Positions 1 through 7,344 of a stretch of 53,391 bases of DNA are shown here, one piece after another (positions within the stretch are counted from its first letter, which is position 1; each line of letters opens with the position of its first letter). Position numbers and translations under genes: made by a program. Origin of the DNA: Parcubacteria group bacterium (GTDB lineage: Bacteria > Patescibacteriota > JABMPQ01); the NCBI GenBank assembly GCA_013202585.1, contig JABMPQ010000038.1, forward strand, positions 1 to 53,391, read 5' to 3'. A model generated the notes under the pieces. It worked only from the letters and a program-made list of their open reading frames with translations, had not been told where the DNA came from and made no database searches.

Positions 1-90
1 CACCTCTATTACCTACCTCTCGAAGAATGTTATCCTTTGCATATTGGCATTATTTACTTTAATCTAGCCAATTATGCTCAAGGCTCTAGG

Positions 91-110
91 GTGGGGCAAT
101 AGGTTTTGAA
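91..110. repeat. left copy of a perfect 20-bp inverted repeat (gtggggcaataggttttgaa); partner at 53372..53391
   Basis: Reverse complement of 53372..53391 (tcaaaacctattgccccac plus preceding t) equals 91..110 exactly, read directly from the sequence. Confidence 0.75.
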
Positions 111-149
111 TGCGGCATTCTCAGGCTGGCTGGGTTCAAAGAAATATTA

Positions 150-158
150 TGCTATAAT
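150..158 (+). promoter_or_regulatory. extended -10 promoter element TGcTATAAT
   Basis: tgctataat at 150..158. The same TGcTATAAT string recurs at 10789..10797. It sits about 14 nt upstream of the structured element starting at 172. Confidence 0.45.
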
Positions 159-171
159 TAAAGTCTAGCTC

Positions 172-313
172 GATTGCTCTGGTACACCTCGAAAACACGT
201 CGGACTTCCCCAGCGAGGAAATCCGACTCCTTGATCGGTCTCATTCCCCCGCCTACGGCGGGGACCATGCCCATTCGACCGATCAAGGTTTTTCTCGGTA
301 CACCAGAGCAATC
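172..313 (+). promoter_or_regulatory. candidate structured 5' leader / riboswitch-like three-way-junction RNA upstream of the dehydrogenase gene
   Basis: Nested perfect complementarity: outer stem 172..183 gattgctctggt / 302..313 accagagcaatc (12 bp). Hairpin 199..209 / 217..227 (11 bp, 1 mismatch). Stem 229..240 ccttgatcggtc / 277..288 gaccgatcaagg (12 bp) encloses hairpin 247..253 ccccgcc-tac-ggcgggg 257..263. The element ends 18 nt before the ATG at 332. Confidence 0.4.
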
Positions 314-331
314 TCCATTAAAATCAAAGCC

Positions 332-1288
332 ATGAAAATAGCTTTTCTCGACACCTCGACTGTTGGCAATAACATTTGGCTAGATTCAATTGCCAAAGAG
401 GGTGAACTGGAAACCTACAAAATAACCTCGCCAGCAGAAACAGCGGCTAGAATACAAGACGCCGATGTTGTTATTACTAATAAGGTTGAAATTAATATTG
501 GCGATAAAGAACTAGCCCAAGCTGATAAACTTAAGCTAATTTGCGTAGCTGCCACTGGTTATAATAATGTTGACCTCGCCGCTGCCAAGAAAAAAGGGGT
601 GGTAGTCGCTAATGTCTCCGGCTATCCCACTGAGGCCGTTGCCCAAATGGTGTTTGCTTATATTCTTACTTTTTATAACGTTATTTCAGAATACGATCAG
701 TCAGTTAAACAAGGTGAATGGAGCAAATCGCACATTTTTACCTTGCTCAAATATCCTATTGCCGGATTGCCAGATAAAACTTTAGGGATCATTGGTTACG
801 GTGCCATTGGCCAAAAAGTAGCCAAGATTGCCCGTGCTTTTGATATGAAGGTTATAGCTGCTACCCGGACGGGAGCCAAGCACTCCGAGGATTTCCGAGT
901 GGAGTTGCCAGAGTTGCTAACCCAAAGCGATATCATAACTATTCACACTCCCCTAACCGAAGAGACAGAAAACCTAATCGGTGCTAAAGAACTAGCGATG
1001 ATGAAACCGGAAGCTATTTTAATCAACGCCGCTCGCGGGGGAATCGTCAATGAAGATGCTCTCTACCAAGCTCTCAAAGAGAAAAAAATAAAGGCGGCCG
1101 CTTTGGACGTACTAGCGGAGGAACCTCCGAAAAGTGGAAGTAAATTGTTCGAGCTTGATAACATTATTATCACTCCCCATGTTGCCTGGGCCACCCGGGA
1201 AAGTCGGCAGCGCCTTATAGACGGAGTAGCAGAAAATATCAGGAAATTTAAGGTAGGAAAAGGCGTAGAGATCGATCTCTGTACTTAA
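332..1288 (+). CDS. D-isomer-specific 2-hydroxyacid dehydrogenase (glycerate/phosphoglycerate dehydrogenase-like)
   Basis: NAD Rossmann motif GIIGYGAIGQKVAKIA; catalytic region ILINAARGGIVNE and ITPHVAW typical of the family. Confidence 0.9.
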   Translation: MKIAFLDTSTVGNNIWLDSIAKEGELETYKITSPAETAARIQDADVVITNKVEINIGDKELAQADKLKLICVAATGYNNVDLAAAKKKGVVVANVSGYPTEAVAQMVFAYILTFYNVISEYDQSVKQGEWSKSHIFTLLKYPIAGLPDKTLGIIGYGAIGQKVAKIARAFDMKVIAATRTGAKHSEDFRVELPELLTQSDIITIHTPLTEETENLIGAKELAMMKPEAILINAARGGIVNEDALYQALKEKKIKAAALDVLAEEPPKSGSKLFELDNIIITPHVAWATRESRQRLIDGVAENIRKFKVGKGVEIDLCT

Positions 1289-1560
1289 TATTTCTTAGGA
1301 CCAGATTTTTGCGGTTCTTTCTCCTCCGGTTGCGTACTAGAATCGCTCTGATCATCTGACTGGCTGGATTCCAACCACTTCTGTATATCGAAAGACGAGG
1401 ATGAATTATCTGATGAGTCGGTAATAACAAAATATCCGACAATAAGGGTAATCATAAAAAACACTAACACTATACAACTAACACAAAATCCAGTTTTGAT
1501 TCCGCTAGGTGTTCCCTCATAATCTTTATTTATTTTGGGCTTGATGGGAGTGTTATCCAT
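1285..1560 (-). CDS. small single-pass membrane protein with Ser/Asp-rich tail, hypothetical
   Basis: 91-aa ORF with one hydrophobic helix (FCVSCIVLVFFMITLIVGYFVI). Convergent with the dehydrogenase gene, with a 4-nt stop overlap. Confidence 0.45.
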   Translation of the reverse strand: MDNTPIKPKINKDYEGTPSGIKTGFCVSCIVLVFFMITLIVGYFVITDSSDNSSSSFDIQKWLESSQSDDQSDSSTQPEEKEPQKSGPKKY

Positions 1561-1654
1561 GACAATTGAAATTAATTTATCTCACAGCCTGATTCTAACA
1601 AGAAAGTAGCTCTTTGGTAAAGCTCACTATTATATCACCGGATTAAACATAAAA

Positions 1655-2332
1655 ATGAAGAACGTAACTTCTGTCCTATTTCTTATCGGCGCCAATTGTA
1701 TCCCGTTGGTTGGAACTATTTTTCTCGGCTGGGACATTTTGACTGTCCTTTTTGTCTACTGGTTAGAAACGATCGTAATGGGATTTTTTAGTGCTCTCAA
1801 GCTTTTTATTTCTAGTGGCAAATCGGGAGTAATGATCTACGGAGCAATAATATTTACTATTACCTACCCCATTTGGGTTTATGTATATTTGAAAGCTATC
1901 CAGGCTATGGCCGTAGTTATCCAGGGAGAAGAAGCGGCTATCACTGGCACCTCTCTGATAGAAGAGATAACTTTTCTTCTAGCCAATTTTAGTGGCTCGA
2001 TTATACTCGCCCTATTATCACTTTTTATTAGTCATGCTTTCTCCTTCGGCACCAACTTTCTCCGCCAAAAGGAATACAAAACACACCAACACCAAACCTT
2101 TAGTGATTTAATGTATGCTCCCTATAAACGCATAGTTACTATGCACATTGTTCTCTTCGCTGGTTCGTTTTTGGCTGTAATATTCAGTGCTCCCCATTTT
2201 TTCGTAGTTGTGCTAGTCATCTTAAAAATATTAGTCGATTTACTAGCTCACCTGGTCGAACATGGTATGATAAGCAGAGCTAGATTAGCTCAGTCTTCTT
2301 GGTTAGTTCTTTTTGGAGCACCAAAACATTAA
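1655..2332 (+). CDS. polytopic membrane protein, unknown function
   Basis: 225 aa with 5-6 hydrophobic segments. The N-terminus (IPLVGTIFLGWDILTVLFVYWLETIVMGFF) reminds me of a DUF-type membrane family; this is from memory and needs an HMM check. Confidence 0.65.
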   Translation: MKNVTSVLFLIGANCIPLVGTIFLGWDILTVLFVYWLETIVMGFFSALKLFISSGKSGVMIYGAIIFTITYPIWVYVYLKAIQAMAVVIQGEEAAITGTSLIEEITFLLANFSGSIILALLSLFISHAFSFGTNFLRQKEYKTHQHQTFSDLMYAPYKRIVTMHIVLFAGSFLAVIFSAPHFFVVVLVILKILVDLLAHLVEHGMISRARLAQSSWLVLFGAPKH

Positions 2333-2343
2333 TTAAAACAGTA

Positions 2344-3582
2344 ATGATCACAACTTCTATCATCTCACTCGTTATTCTCATCCTACTATCCTCATTTTTC
2401 TCCGGCGCGGAAATTGCGTTGTCTTCTTTGAATCCGATCAAAGTTAAAACACTCGTCAAGCAGCGTAAAAAAGGATCTAAAACCCTCGCTCGCCTGAAAG
2501 AAAAATCAGAGCGGACGATTATCACAATCTTAATTGGTAACAATATTGTAAACGTCGCTTCTGCTTCACTGGCCACTTACATTGCTACCGAAAAATTTGG
2601 TTCTAAAGGGTTGGGAATTGCCACTGGCGTAATGACTCTGATTATTTTAGTATTTGGGGAAATCACTCCCAAAACGCTAGCCACCACGCACGCCGAGCGA
2701 GTTTCCTTATTCATTGCCAGGCCGATCCTAATTCTCAGCTATATATTTTATCCGCTAATTGTTATTTTTGACGCCTTCGCTAGCCTGATCAGCCGGCTAT
2801 TCAAAACCCGTAAGCGCAAAGGGATCTCCGAGACAGAAATCAAAACAATGCTGGAATTTGGCGTTGCAGAAAAGGTAATCGATGAGGAGGAAAAAGATAT
2901 TATGCACCAAGCGATTAGGTTCAGCGACATTAAAGCGGAAACAACCATGACTCCCCTGAAAAAAGTATTCCGGTTGCCAGCGGCCACCCCAGCCAAGGAT
3001 GCTCTGGAGCCAATGCTGGACAGTGGTTTTTCGCGAGCGCCAATTTACGAAGGTCAAGATAAAAAAATCACCGGGATTGTCCTGCTCAAAGATGTTATGT
3101 ACTATATTCATGAAAAAGAAGGAGATAAGCTACTTAGTGAAATCGCTACCGACCCGATCTTTGTGCCGAGGAAAATGGAAATTGATGATGTCTTCAAAGC
3201 TTTCAAGGCCCAGCAAAAACATATTGCTCTAGTTGAGGACGAAGAAAAAGATGAAATTATTGGTTTAGTAACCATGGAGGATTTACTGGAAGAATTAATG
3301 GGTGAGATTACCGACGAGAGCGACATCACTCCTAATACTATTATTAGAATTAGTGAAAATACTATTGCCGTACATGGAGACACCTTAGTAAGTGAGATAA
3401 ATAGCTTTTTTCAGACTTCTCTGCCCATGAAGAAAAAAAGTTTGCGCTTATATGAGCTGATTAAGAATAATTTTCCGGAGTACAAGCAGGGAGCTCAACT
3501 AAAAATGGGTAATATTGTTTTTATCCTAGATAAGGTGGATGATGATAAAATAATGAAGGTGCGGATTAAAAAGAAGGGGTAA
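2344..3582 (+). CDS. CNNM/CorC-HlyC family transporter (DUF21 TM domain + CBS pair + CorC_HlyC domain)
   Basis: N-terminal motif FFSGAEIALSSLN, GEITPK, a CBS-pair region and a C-terminal transporter-associated domain. Start moved to ATG 2344 to remove the overlap with the upstream ORF. Confidence 0.88.
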   Translation: MITTSIISLVILILLSSFFSGAEIALSSLNPIKVKTLVKQRKKGSKTLARLKEKSERTIITILIGNNIVNVASASLATYIATEKFGSKGLGIATGVMTLIILVFGEITPKTLATTHAERVSLFIARPILILSYIFYPLIVIFDAFASLISRLFKTRKRKGISETEIKTMLEFGVAEKVIDEEEKDIMHQAIRFSDIKAETTMTPLKKVFRLPAATPAKDALEPMLDSGFSRAPIYEGQDKKITGIVLLKDVMYYIHEKEGDKLLSEIATDPIFVPRKMEIDDVFKAFKAQQKHIALVEDEEKDEIIGLVTMEDLLEELMGEITDESDITPNTIIRISENTIAVHGDTLVSEINSFFQTSLPMKKKSLRLYELIKNNFPEYKQGAQLKMGNIVFILDKVDDDKIMKVRIKKKG

Positions 3583-3604
3583 GTTAATTTTTCATTTTCG
3601 GGGC

Positions 3605-3642
3605 AACCGGCACGGGTGATTCTACGCCGGTTTTTTGTTTTT
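3605..3642 (+). terminator. rho-independent terminator after the CorC-like gene
   Basis: Stem aaccggc (3605..3611) / gccggtt (3626..3632), followed by ttttttgttttt. Confidence 0.55.
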
Positions 3643-3672
3643 GAGTGGTTGTTTGGCGATGCGATTTTTAGT

Positions 3673-3726
3673 AAAAAAAGACTCACCACGACGAGGATAG
3701 CAATTGCTAGTCCTGGTCGGGTGAGT
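3673..3726 (-). terminator. rho-independent terminator after the GC-rich ORF 3733..4215
   Basis: Long imperfect hairpin actcaccacgacgagga ... tcctggtcgggtgagt with a palindromic loop. A-run 3673..3679 gives a T-run on the minus strand. Confidence 0.55.
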
Positions 3727-3732
3727 AAAAGA

Positions 3733-4215
3733 TCAGCTCTCATCATCGTCATCGTCAGCGGGTGGAGGGCCGGCGTCAGGCGGGGGCGGTGATGAATCCG
3801 GAGCGGGCGGGCCTATGGAGCCAGCGTCGGAGGTGGGTGGCTTCTTGGGCTTGGTAGACTTTTTGAGTGGGGGCGGGGACTTGGTCGGGGACTTCTTCTT
3901 GGGGCTGCAATCGAAGCCCATCCGCAACGCTCCCGTGAAGCCCTTTATCAAGAGACAAACCGCGTCTCTGTCCTGCTCAGCGGCTTGCTTGTACTTAGCC
4001 ACCGCGTGTTTGCAGGCGACAAAGTTCCCCTCTGGGCAGGCCTCGAGCGCTGTCTCGAGCGCCTCGCTGCGGTCGTCCTCGGCCTCCTCAATCATGTTTT
4101 CCGCATTCTCATGCGCGGGGGTCTTTTCCCTACTGCACTCGCCGTAGAGAATCCCGGCACCAAAGATGAATCCTGCAGCCAAAACTGCGACAATAATCGT
4201 CCCGAGTTTTTCCAT
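3733..4215 (-). CDS. GC-rich ORFan: membrane-anchored protein with a Cys-containing helical domain, a Lys/Pro-rich linker and an acidic tail
   Basis: N-terminal TM (LGTIIVAVLAAGFIFGAGILYG). Strong SD (ggaaggag) 6-7 nt upstream of the ATG, and its own terminator. GC is visibly much higher than in the flanks. Confidence 0.65.
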   Translation of the reverse strand: MEKLGTIIVAVLAAGFIFGAGILYGECSREKTPAHENAENMIEEAEDDRSEALETALEACPEGNFVACKHAVAKYKQAAEQDRDAVCLLIKGFTGALRMGFDCSPKKKSPTKSPPPLKKSTKPKKPPTSDAGSIGPPAPDSSPPPPDAGPPPADDDDDES

Positions 4216-4536
4216 TTCTCACTCCTTCCCTTTTTTCAGGGAGTTTTTTCTGATTGTCTGTAAAACCTGCGATTATAGCAGTTTTGGATCATTTTAAATG
4301 CTTTAAAACAAGCCAAAAATCCTAAAATCGCAGGTTTGCCACCAACGCTGGAAAGGGCTTTCTAGACTATAATCTAGGTACTATTCGCGAGCATTACACT
4401 ATACCATAATTGATATTTATGTCAGTACATTCGCTGTTTTGGATTAGCTATTGACATAATAGTAGTATAATGCTATTATGTAATATTCGTAATCTGGAAT
4501 GAACCTCAAAAAAATCGCGAAGTCAAGGAGACAGAT

Positions 4537-5106
4537 ATGGAGATCGTTAGAACTACAGTAGGCTGGGTGATGTCGCTGACGACCGCAAATGTGGTTGTGA
4601 TTGTAATTGTCGTCGGGCTGCTCGTGGCCGGTCTCATAGCTAGCCGCCCGAAAATTATCGAAGCTATAGGAGACTGGATAGCGTCGAGCTGGGTGATGTC
4701 GCTGACGATCACGAGCGTGGTCGTGACAGTGGTAGTCATCGGGTTGATCGGATTCAGCCTGAACAAGTGTAACGACTGGACCGAGCAGGATGTCAAGATC
4801 GTCTCAGTCGTCGATCCTGATGATCCAGACTCCGACATCATGGAAGTGGTCTGGAAGGAGAAGGTCACGATGGTGGGAGCAATGTGGTCGAACTGCGGTT
4901 TGCCCAAGACACTCTACAAGGATGACGCCTTCATTGTGCCGAGATTATTTATTCTCGGCTTCGAAGAAGGAGCCGTCCTCAAGTCGGGAGCCAACCGCGG
5001 CGGGTTTGATATCAACATCACCCCCCAGTGGTTGAAGCCGGCCACCAAACGGTTGACAAAATATATCAACCTTTCTTTCAACTGTCAGTACACCCTCTAC
5101 TTCTGA
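4537..5106 (+). CDS. GC-rich ORFan: two-TM membrane protein with a duplicated TM module and a C-terminal domain of about 110 aa
   Basis: SD aaggag 7 nt upstream of the ATG. Duplicated module W-VMSLT-x-VVV...GL. Terminator downstream. The antisense ORF 4506..4907 lacks these signals. Confidence 0.6.
   Translation: MEIVRTTVGWVMSLTTANVVVIVIVVGLLVAGLIASRPKIIEAIGDWIASSWVMSLTITSVVVTVVVIGLIGFSLNKCNDWTEQDVKIVSVVDPDDPDSDIMEVVWKEKVTMVGAMWSNCGLPKTLYKDDAFIVPRLFILGFEEGAVLKSGANRGGFDINITPQWLKPATKRLTKYINLSFNCQYTLYF
4562..4708 (+). repeat. 21-nt perfect direct repeat (gctgggtgatgtcgctgacga) at 4562..4582 and 4688..4708, 126 nt apart, in frame
   Basis: Read directly. It corresponds to the repeated peptide (G/S)WVMSLT at the start of each TM helix. 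Confidence 0.8.
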
Positions 5107-5136
5107 CAACGATTCCCGCCCTTTCGCCCTGTTCCC

Positions 5137-5169
5137 GAGCCACGCTCTCAATGCGCGGCTCATTTTTTT
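5137..5169 (+). terminator. rho-independent terminator after ORF 4537..5106
   Basis: Stem gagccacgc / gcgcggctc (1 mismatch), followed by atttttttt. Confidence 0.6.
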
Positions 5170-5215
5170 ACGCAAAAACTGCCCTAAACACACAGGCAGC
5201 TTTGTAAGATAATAT

Positions 5216-6727
5216 TTATTTTACCAAACTCTCTCCCGTCATCTCGGCTGGTTGCGGTAAGCCTAACATTTCCAACACCGTCGGCGCCACATCCGACAGC
5301 TTACCTTCTTCCCGATTAGTTTTATATCGCTCGCTCGCCAAGATAAACGGCACTGGATTGATTGTATGGCTAGTCACGGGCTCACCCGTCCCCGTATCAA
5401 AAACTTCCTCGGCATTACCATGGTCAGCGGTAATAATAATATGATAACCTTCAGCCAGCCCCGCCTCCACGATCTCACCCAAAGCCTGATCAATTACCTC
5501 CACTCCTTTTTTCACCGGCTCGATCTTGGCTGTGTGCCCGACCATATCTCCATTACACAAGTTAGAAAATATCACCTGGTGAGTTCCTGCTTTAATATCT
5601 TGGACAATCTCACGAGCAATATCGGGTGTGCGCATTTCCGGCTTCTCATCATGAGTAGCAATATCCGAATAGGAATCTAACATCATTCGATCCTCTCCCT
5701 CTAGCGCCGCCATTTTTTTACAATTGAGAAAATAGGTGAGGTGGTTAAATTTCTCTGTTTCGGTGATACGTAGTTGTTTTAAGCCCGCTTGAGAGATAAC
5801 CTCTCCTAAAGTATTGGCTACTTGCTCTGACGGAAAAGCTACTCGACAGTCAAATTCTTTCCGGTACTGCGACATCGTCACGTAGTCCAAATTGGCAATA
5901 TCTGATTCGAGAAACTTTTGCGACAACTGCACCGCTCGATCCGACCGAAAATTAACAGATATGACAGCATCATTGGAACTAACGCAACCTTCTTCACCCG
6001 GCTCCATTTCAATGATAGAAGGCTTAATAAACTCGTCCGTTTCCTGATGATCATAGGCATCTTCGATCGCTTCCCGGGCGGAAGTATACTTACGACCCTC
6101 CCCCTTGGTAATAGCGGCAAAAGCGGCTTCCGTCCGTTCCAGATTATTGTCCCGATCCATCGCCCAATAGCGACCGGTAACCGAAGCAATCCGGCCCAAA
6201 CCTAATTTATTCATAAAGTCTTGTAGCTCTTTGACATATTTGAGGGCGCTCTTGGGAGCCGTATCTCGCCCATCAGTAAAAACGTGTACTTCCACGCGCG
6301 GCACGCCTATCTTTTTAGCCAATGATAACAAAGCATAAAAATGCTCCTGATGCGAATGTACCCCACCACTACTAACTAGGCCTTGTAAATGCAAACAACT
6401 TTGGTGCTTTTTCACGTGTTCCATTGCTTTGGTAAGCGCTTCATTGCCAGCCATATTATCCCGCTTGATCGCCTGATCTATTTTCATCAAATCCTGAAAA
6501 ATTACCCGGCCAGCGCCAATAGTCATGTGGTTAACTTCCGAAGTGCCCATTTGTCCTGCCGGCAAACCGACTGACATACCAGCAGCCCCCAACACCGCGT
6601 GCGAATAATCGCGCCAAAGCTGATCATAATTAGGTGTTCGCGCCTGCGCAATCGCATTATGATCTTTTTCTTCCCGGTGACCCCAGCCATCGAGAATAAG
6701 CAAAACTATTTTTTCTTGTTTGGTCAT
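5216..6727 (-). CDS. gpmI: 2,3-bisphosphoglycerate-independent phosphoglycerate mutase
   Basis: LLILDGWG, SEVNHMTIGAGR, TDGRDT and ADHGNAE motifs. Start set to the MTKQEK Met (6727) rather than the upstream extension. Confidence 0.92.
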   Translation of the reverse strand: MTKQEKIVLLILDGWGHREEKDHNAIAQARTPNYDQLWRDYSHAVLGAAGMSVGLPAGQMGTSEVNHMTIGAGRVIFQDLMKIDQAIKRDNMAGNEALTKAMEHVKKHQSCLHLQGLVSSGGVHSHQEHFYALLSLAKKIGVPRVEVHVFTDGRDTAPKSALKYVKELQDFMNKLGLGRIASVTGRYWAMDRDNNLERTEAAFAAITKGEGRKYTSAREAIEDAYDHQETDEFIKPSIIEMEPGEEGCVSSNDAVISVNFRSDRAVQLSQKFLESDIANLDYVTMSQYRKEFDCRVAFPSEQVANTLGEVISQAGLKQLRITETEKFNHLTYFLNCKKMAALEGEDRMMLDSYSDIATHDEKPEMRTPDIAREIVQDIKAGTHQVIFSNLCNGDMVGHTAKIEPVKKGVEVIDQALGEIVEAGLAEGYHIIITADHGNAEEVFDTGTGEPVTSHTINPVPFILASERYKTNREEGKLSDVAPTVLEMLGLPQPAEMTGESLVK

Positions 6728-6844
6728 ATTAGTTGATTGACATTGCTTCCAGCATAGTATTTTGACGAATAAATTCAATACCATTGAAAAATCCGGCGGC
6801 GTATGCTAACCTCAGACTTACTGGTGACCGGTGTTGACCAACCT

Positions 6845-6916
6845 GCCCTTGTGGTGAAATGGATATCACTACTGGCTTCGGACCAGTCATTGGGGGTTCG
6901 AATCCCTCCGAGGGCA
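6845..6916 (+). tRNA. tRNA-Arg (anticodon TCG)
   Basis: Manual cloverleaf: acceptor GCCCTTG/CGAGGGC, D arm GTGA-AATGGATA-TCAC, anticodon arm ACTGG-CTTCGGA-CCAGT, T arm GGGGG-TTCGAAT-CCCTC, discriminator A. CCA is not encoded. Confidence 0.85.
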
Positions 6917-6937
6917 TAATAAATACACGAAACAAAA

Positions 6938-7002
6938 CCAGCCATTGGGGGTTCCCACCCTAACGGGTGGTCACCCGCAGGGTGAGAATCCCTCCGAGGG
7001 CA
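6938..7002 (+). pseudogene. duplicated 3' portion (positions about 39-73) of tRNA-Arg, interrupted in the T-loop by a 31-nt double-hairpin insert (6955..6985)
   Basis: ccagCcattgggggttc + [ccaccctaacgggtgg tcacccgcagggtga] + gaatccctccgagggca, versus the intact gene ccagTcattgggggttc|gaatccctccgagggca. No 5' half is present. Confidence 0.7.
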
Positions 7003-7033
7003 AATTAAAACAACATCCATGTTTACTGACAAA

Positions 7034-7192
7034 ATGAAATTTCGCTTTGGCTTTATCTTTATTGGTGTTTTTTTGGTGGTAATTGGTTGCTTCCTCTATC
7101 TAGGCTGGCGGCAAGGAGAAAAAATCGAAAGACACGAAGCTAGCAGCATTACCGAAGATTTGCGGACAATGACTGGCCAACTGACTCGGTAG
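7034..7192 (+). CDS. possible 52-aa single-TM protein (below the ORF-track cutoff)
   Basis: ATG 7034 to TAG 7190..7192, translating to MKFRFGFIFIGVFLVVIGCFLYLGWRQGEK... There is no other support. Confidence 0.3.
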   Translation: MKFRFGFIFIGVFLVVIGCFLYLGWRQGEKIERHEASSITEDLRTMTGQLTR

Positions 7193-7207
7193 GTTTATTA
7201 TTGTAAT

Positions 7208-7240
7208 GAGCCCGTAGCTGTCTGCCGGCAGGCAGGGCTC
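7208..7240. repeat. GC-rich palindromic hairpin containing ctgtctgccggcaggcagg; near-identical to the palindrome inside rsmA (50808..50827)
   Basis: Core ctgcc/ggcag with extension and outer gagcc/ggctc pairing. 18 of 19 positions match 50809..50827. Confidence 0.5.
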
Positions 7241-7265
7241 AGTTGACGCTCTCCTATATTTTAGA

Positions 7266-7322
7266 GGGCCCGTAGCTCAGCTGGTAGAGCGTCCCGATGG
7301 ACATCGGGAAAGTCAGGAGTTC
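7266..7322 (+). pseudogene. orphan 5' fragment (positions 1-56) of a tRNA-Ala-like gene, ending exactly at T-loop TTC
   Basis: The acceptor 5' strand, D arm and T-stem 5' strand are identical to the downstream tRNA-Ala. The anticodon stem differs and the anticodon loop has 8 nt (ATGGACAT versus ATGGCAT). No 3' half follows; the GIY-YIG ORF does. Confidence 0.7.
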
Positions 7323-7344
7323 TGGAATACAATAAATTAATAGC

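Noticed and set aside
199-227. gcgaggaaatccgac resembles the RNase P RNA GAGGAAAGUCC P4 motif; SRP or 6S RNA also considered for 172..313
   Set aside because: The element is only about 140 nt and lacks the second P4 strand (ACAGAA.CCGGCUUA-like) and other universal RNase P blocks. It also lacks the SRP domain IV motifs. The resemblance is too short to mean anything.
247-263. Shared 11-mer cgcctacggcg between the leader hairpin (250..260) and the operon hairpin (43947..43957, reverse strand) as evidence for a repeat family
   Set aside because: An 11-nt match is expected by chance in a 53-kb window searched on both strands. It is mentioned only as a resemblance.
3776-4263. Overlapping ORFs 3776..3958(-), 3815..4147(+), 3985..4263(+) and the analogous set at 22835..23508
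   Set aside because: GC-rich DNA is depleted in stop codons and opens several frames. Only the frames with a signal peptide or TM start, an SD and a terminator were retained.
4451-4471. TTGACA at 4451..4456 as the -35 box for the TATAAT at 4466..4471
   Set aside because: The spacer is only 9 nt, which is incompatible with sigma70 geometry. Only the -10 box is noted.
4506-4907. 133-aa minus-strand ORF antisense to ORF 4537..5106
   Set aside because: It has no SD or promoter context. The plus-strand frame has an SD, a terminator and an in-frame TM-module duplication.
6729-7032. ORFs 6729..6935(-) and 6775..7032(-) across the tRNA-Arg locus
   Set aside because: They overlap a well-folding tRNA gene and its partial copy on the opposite strand, so they are artefactual.
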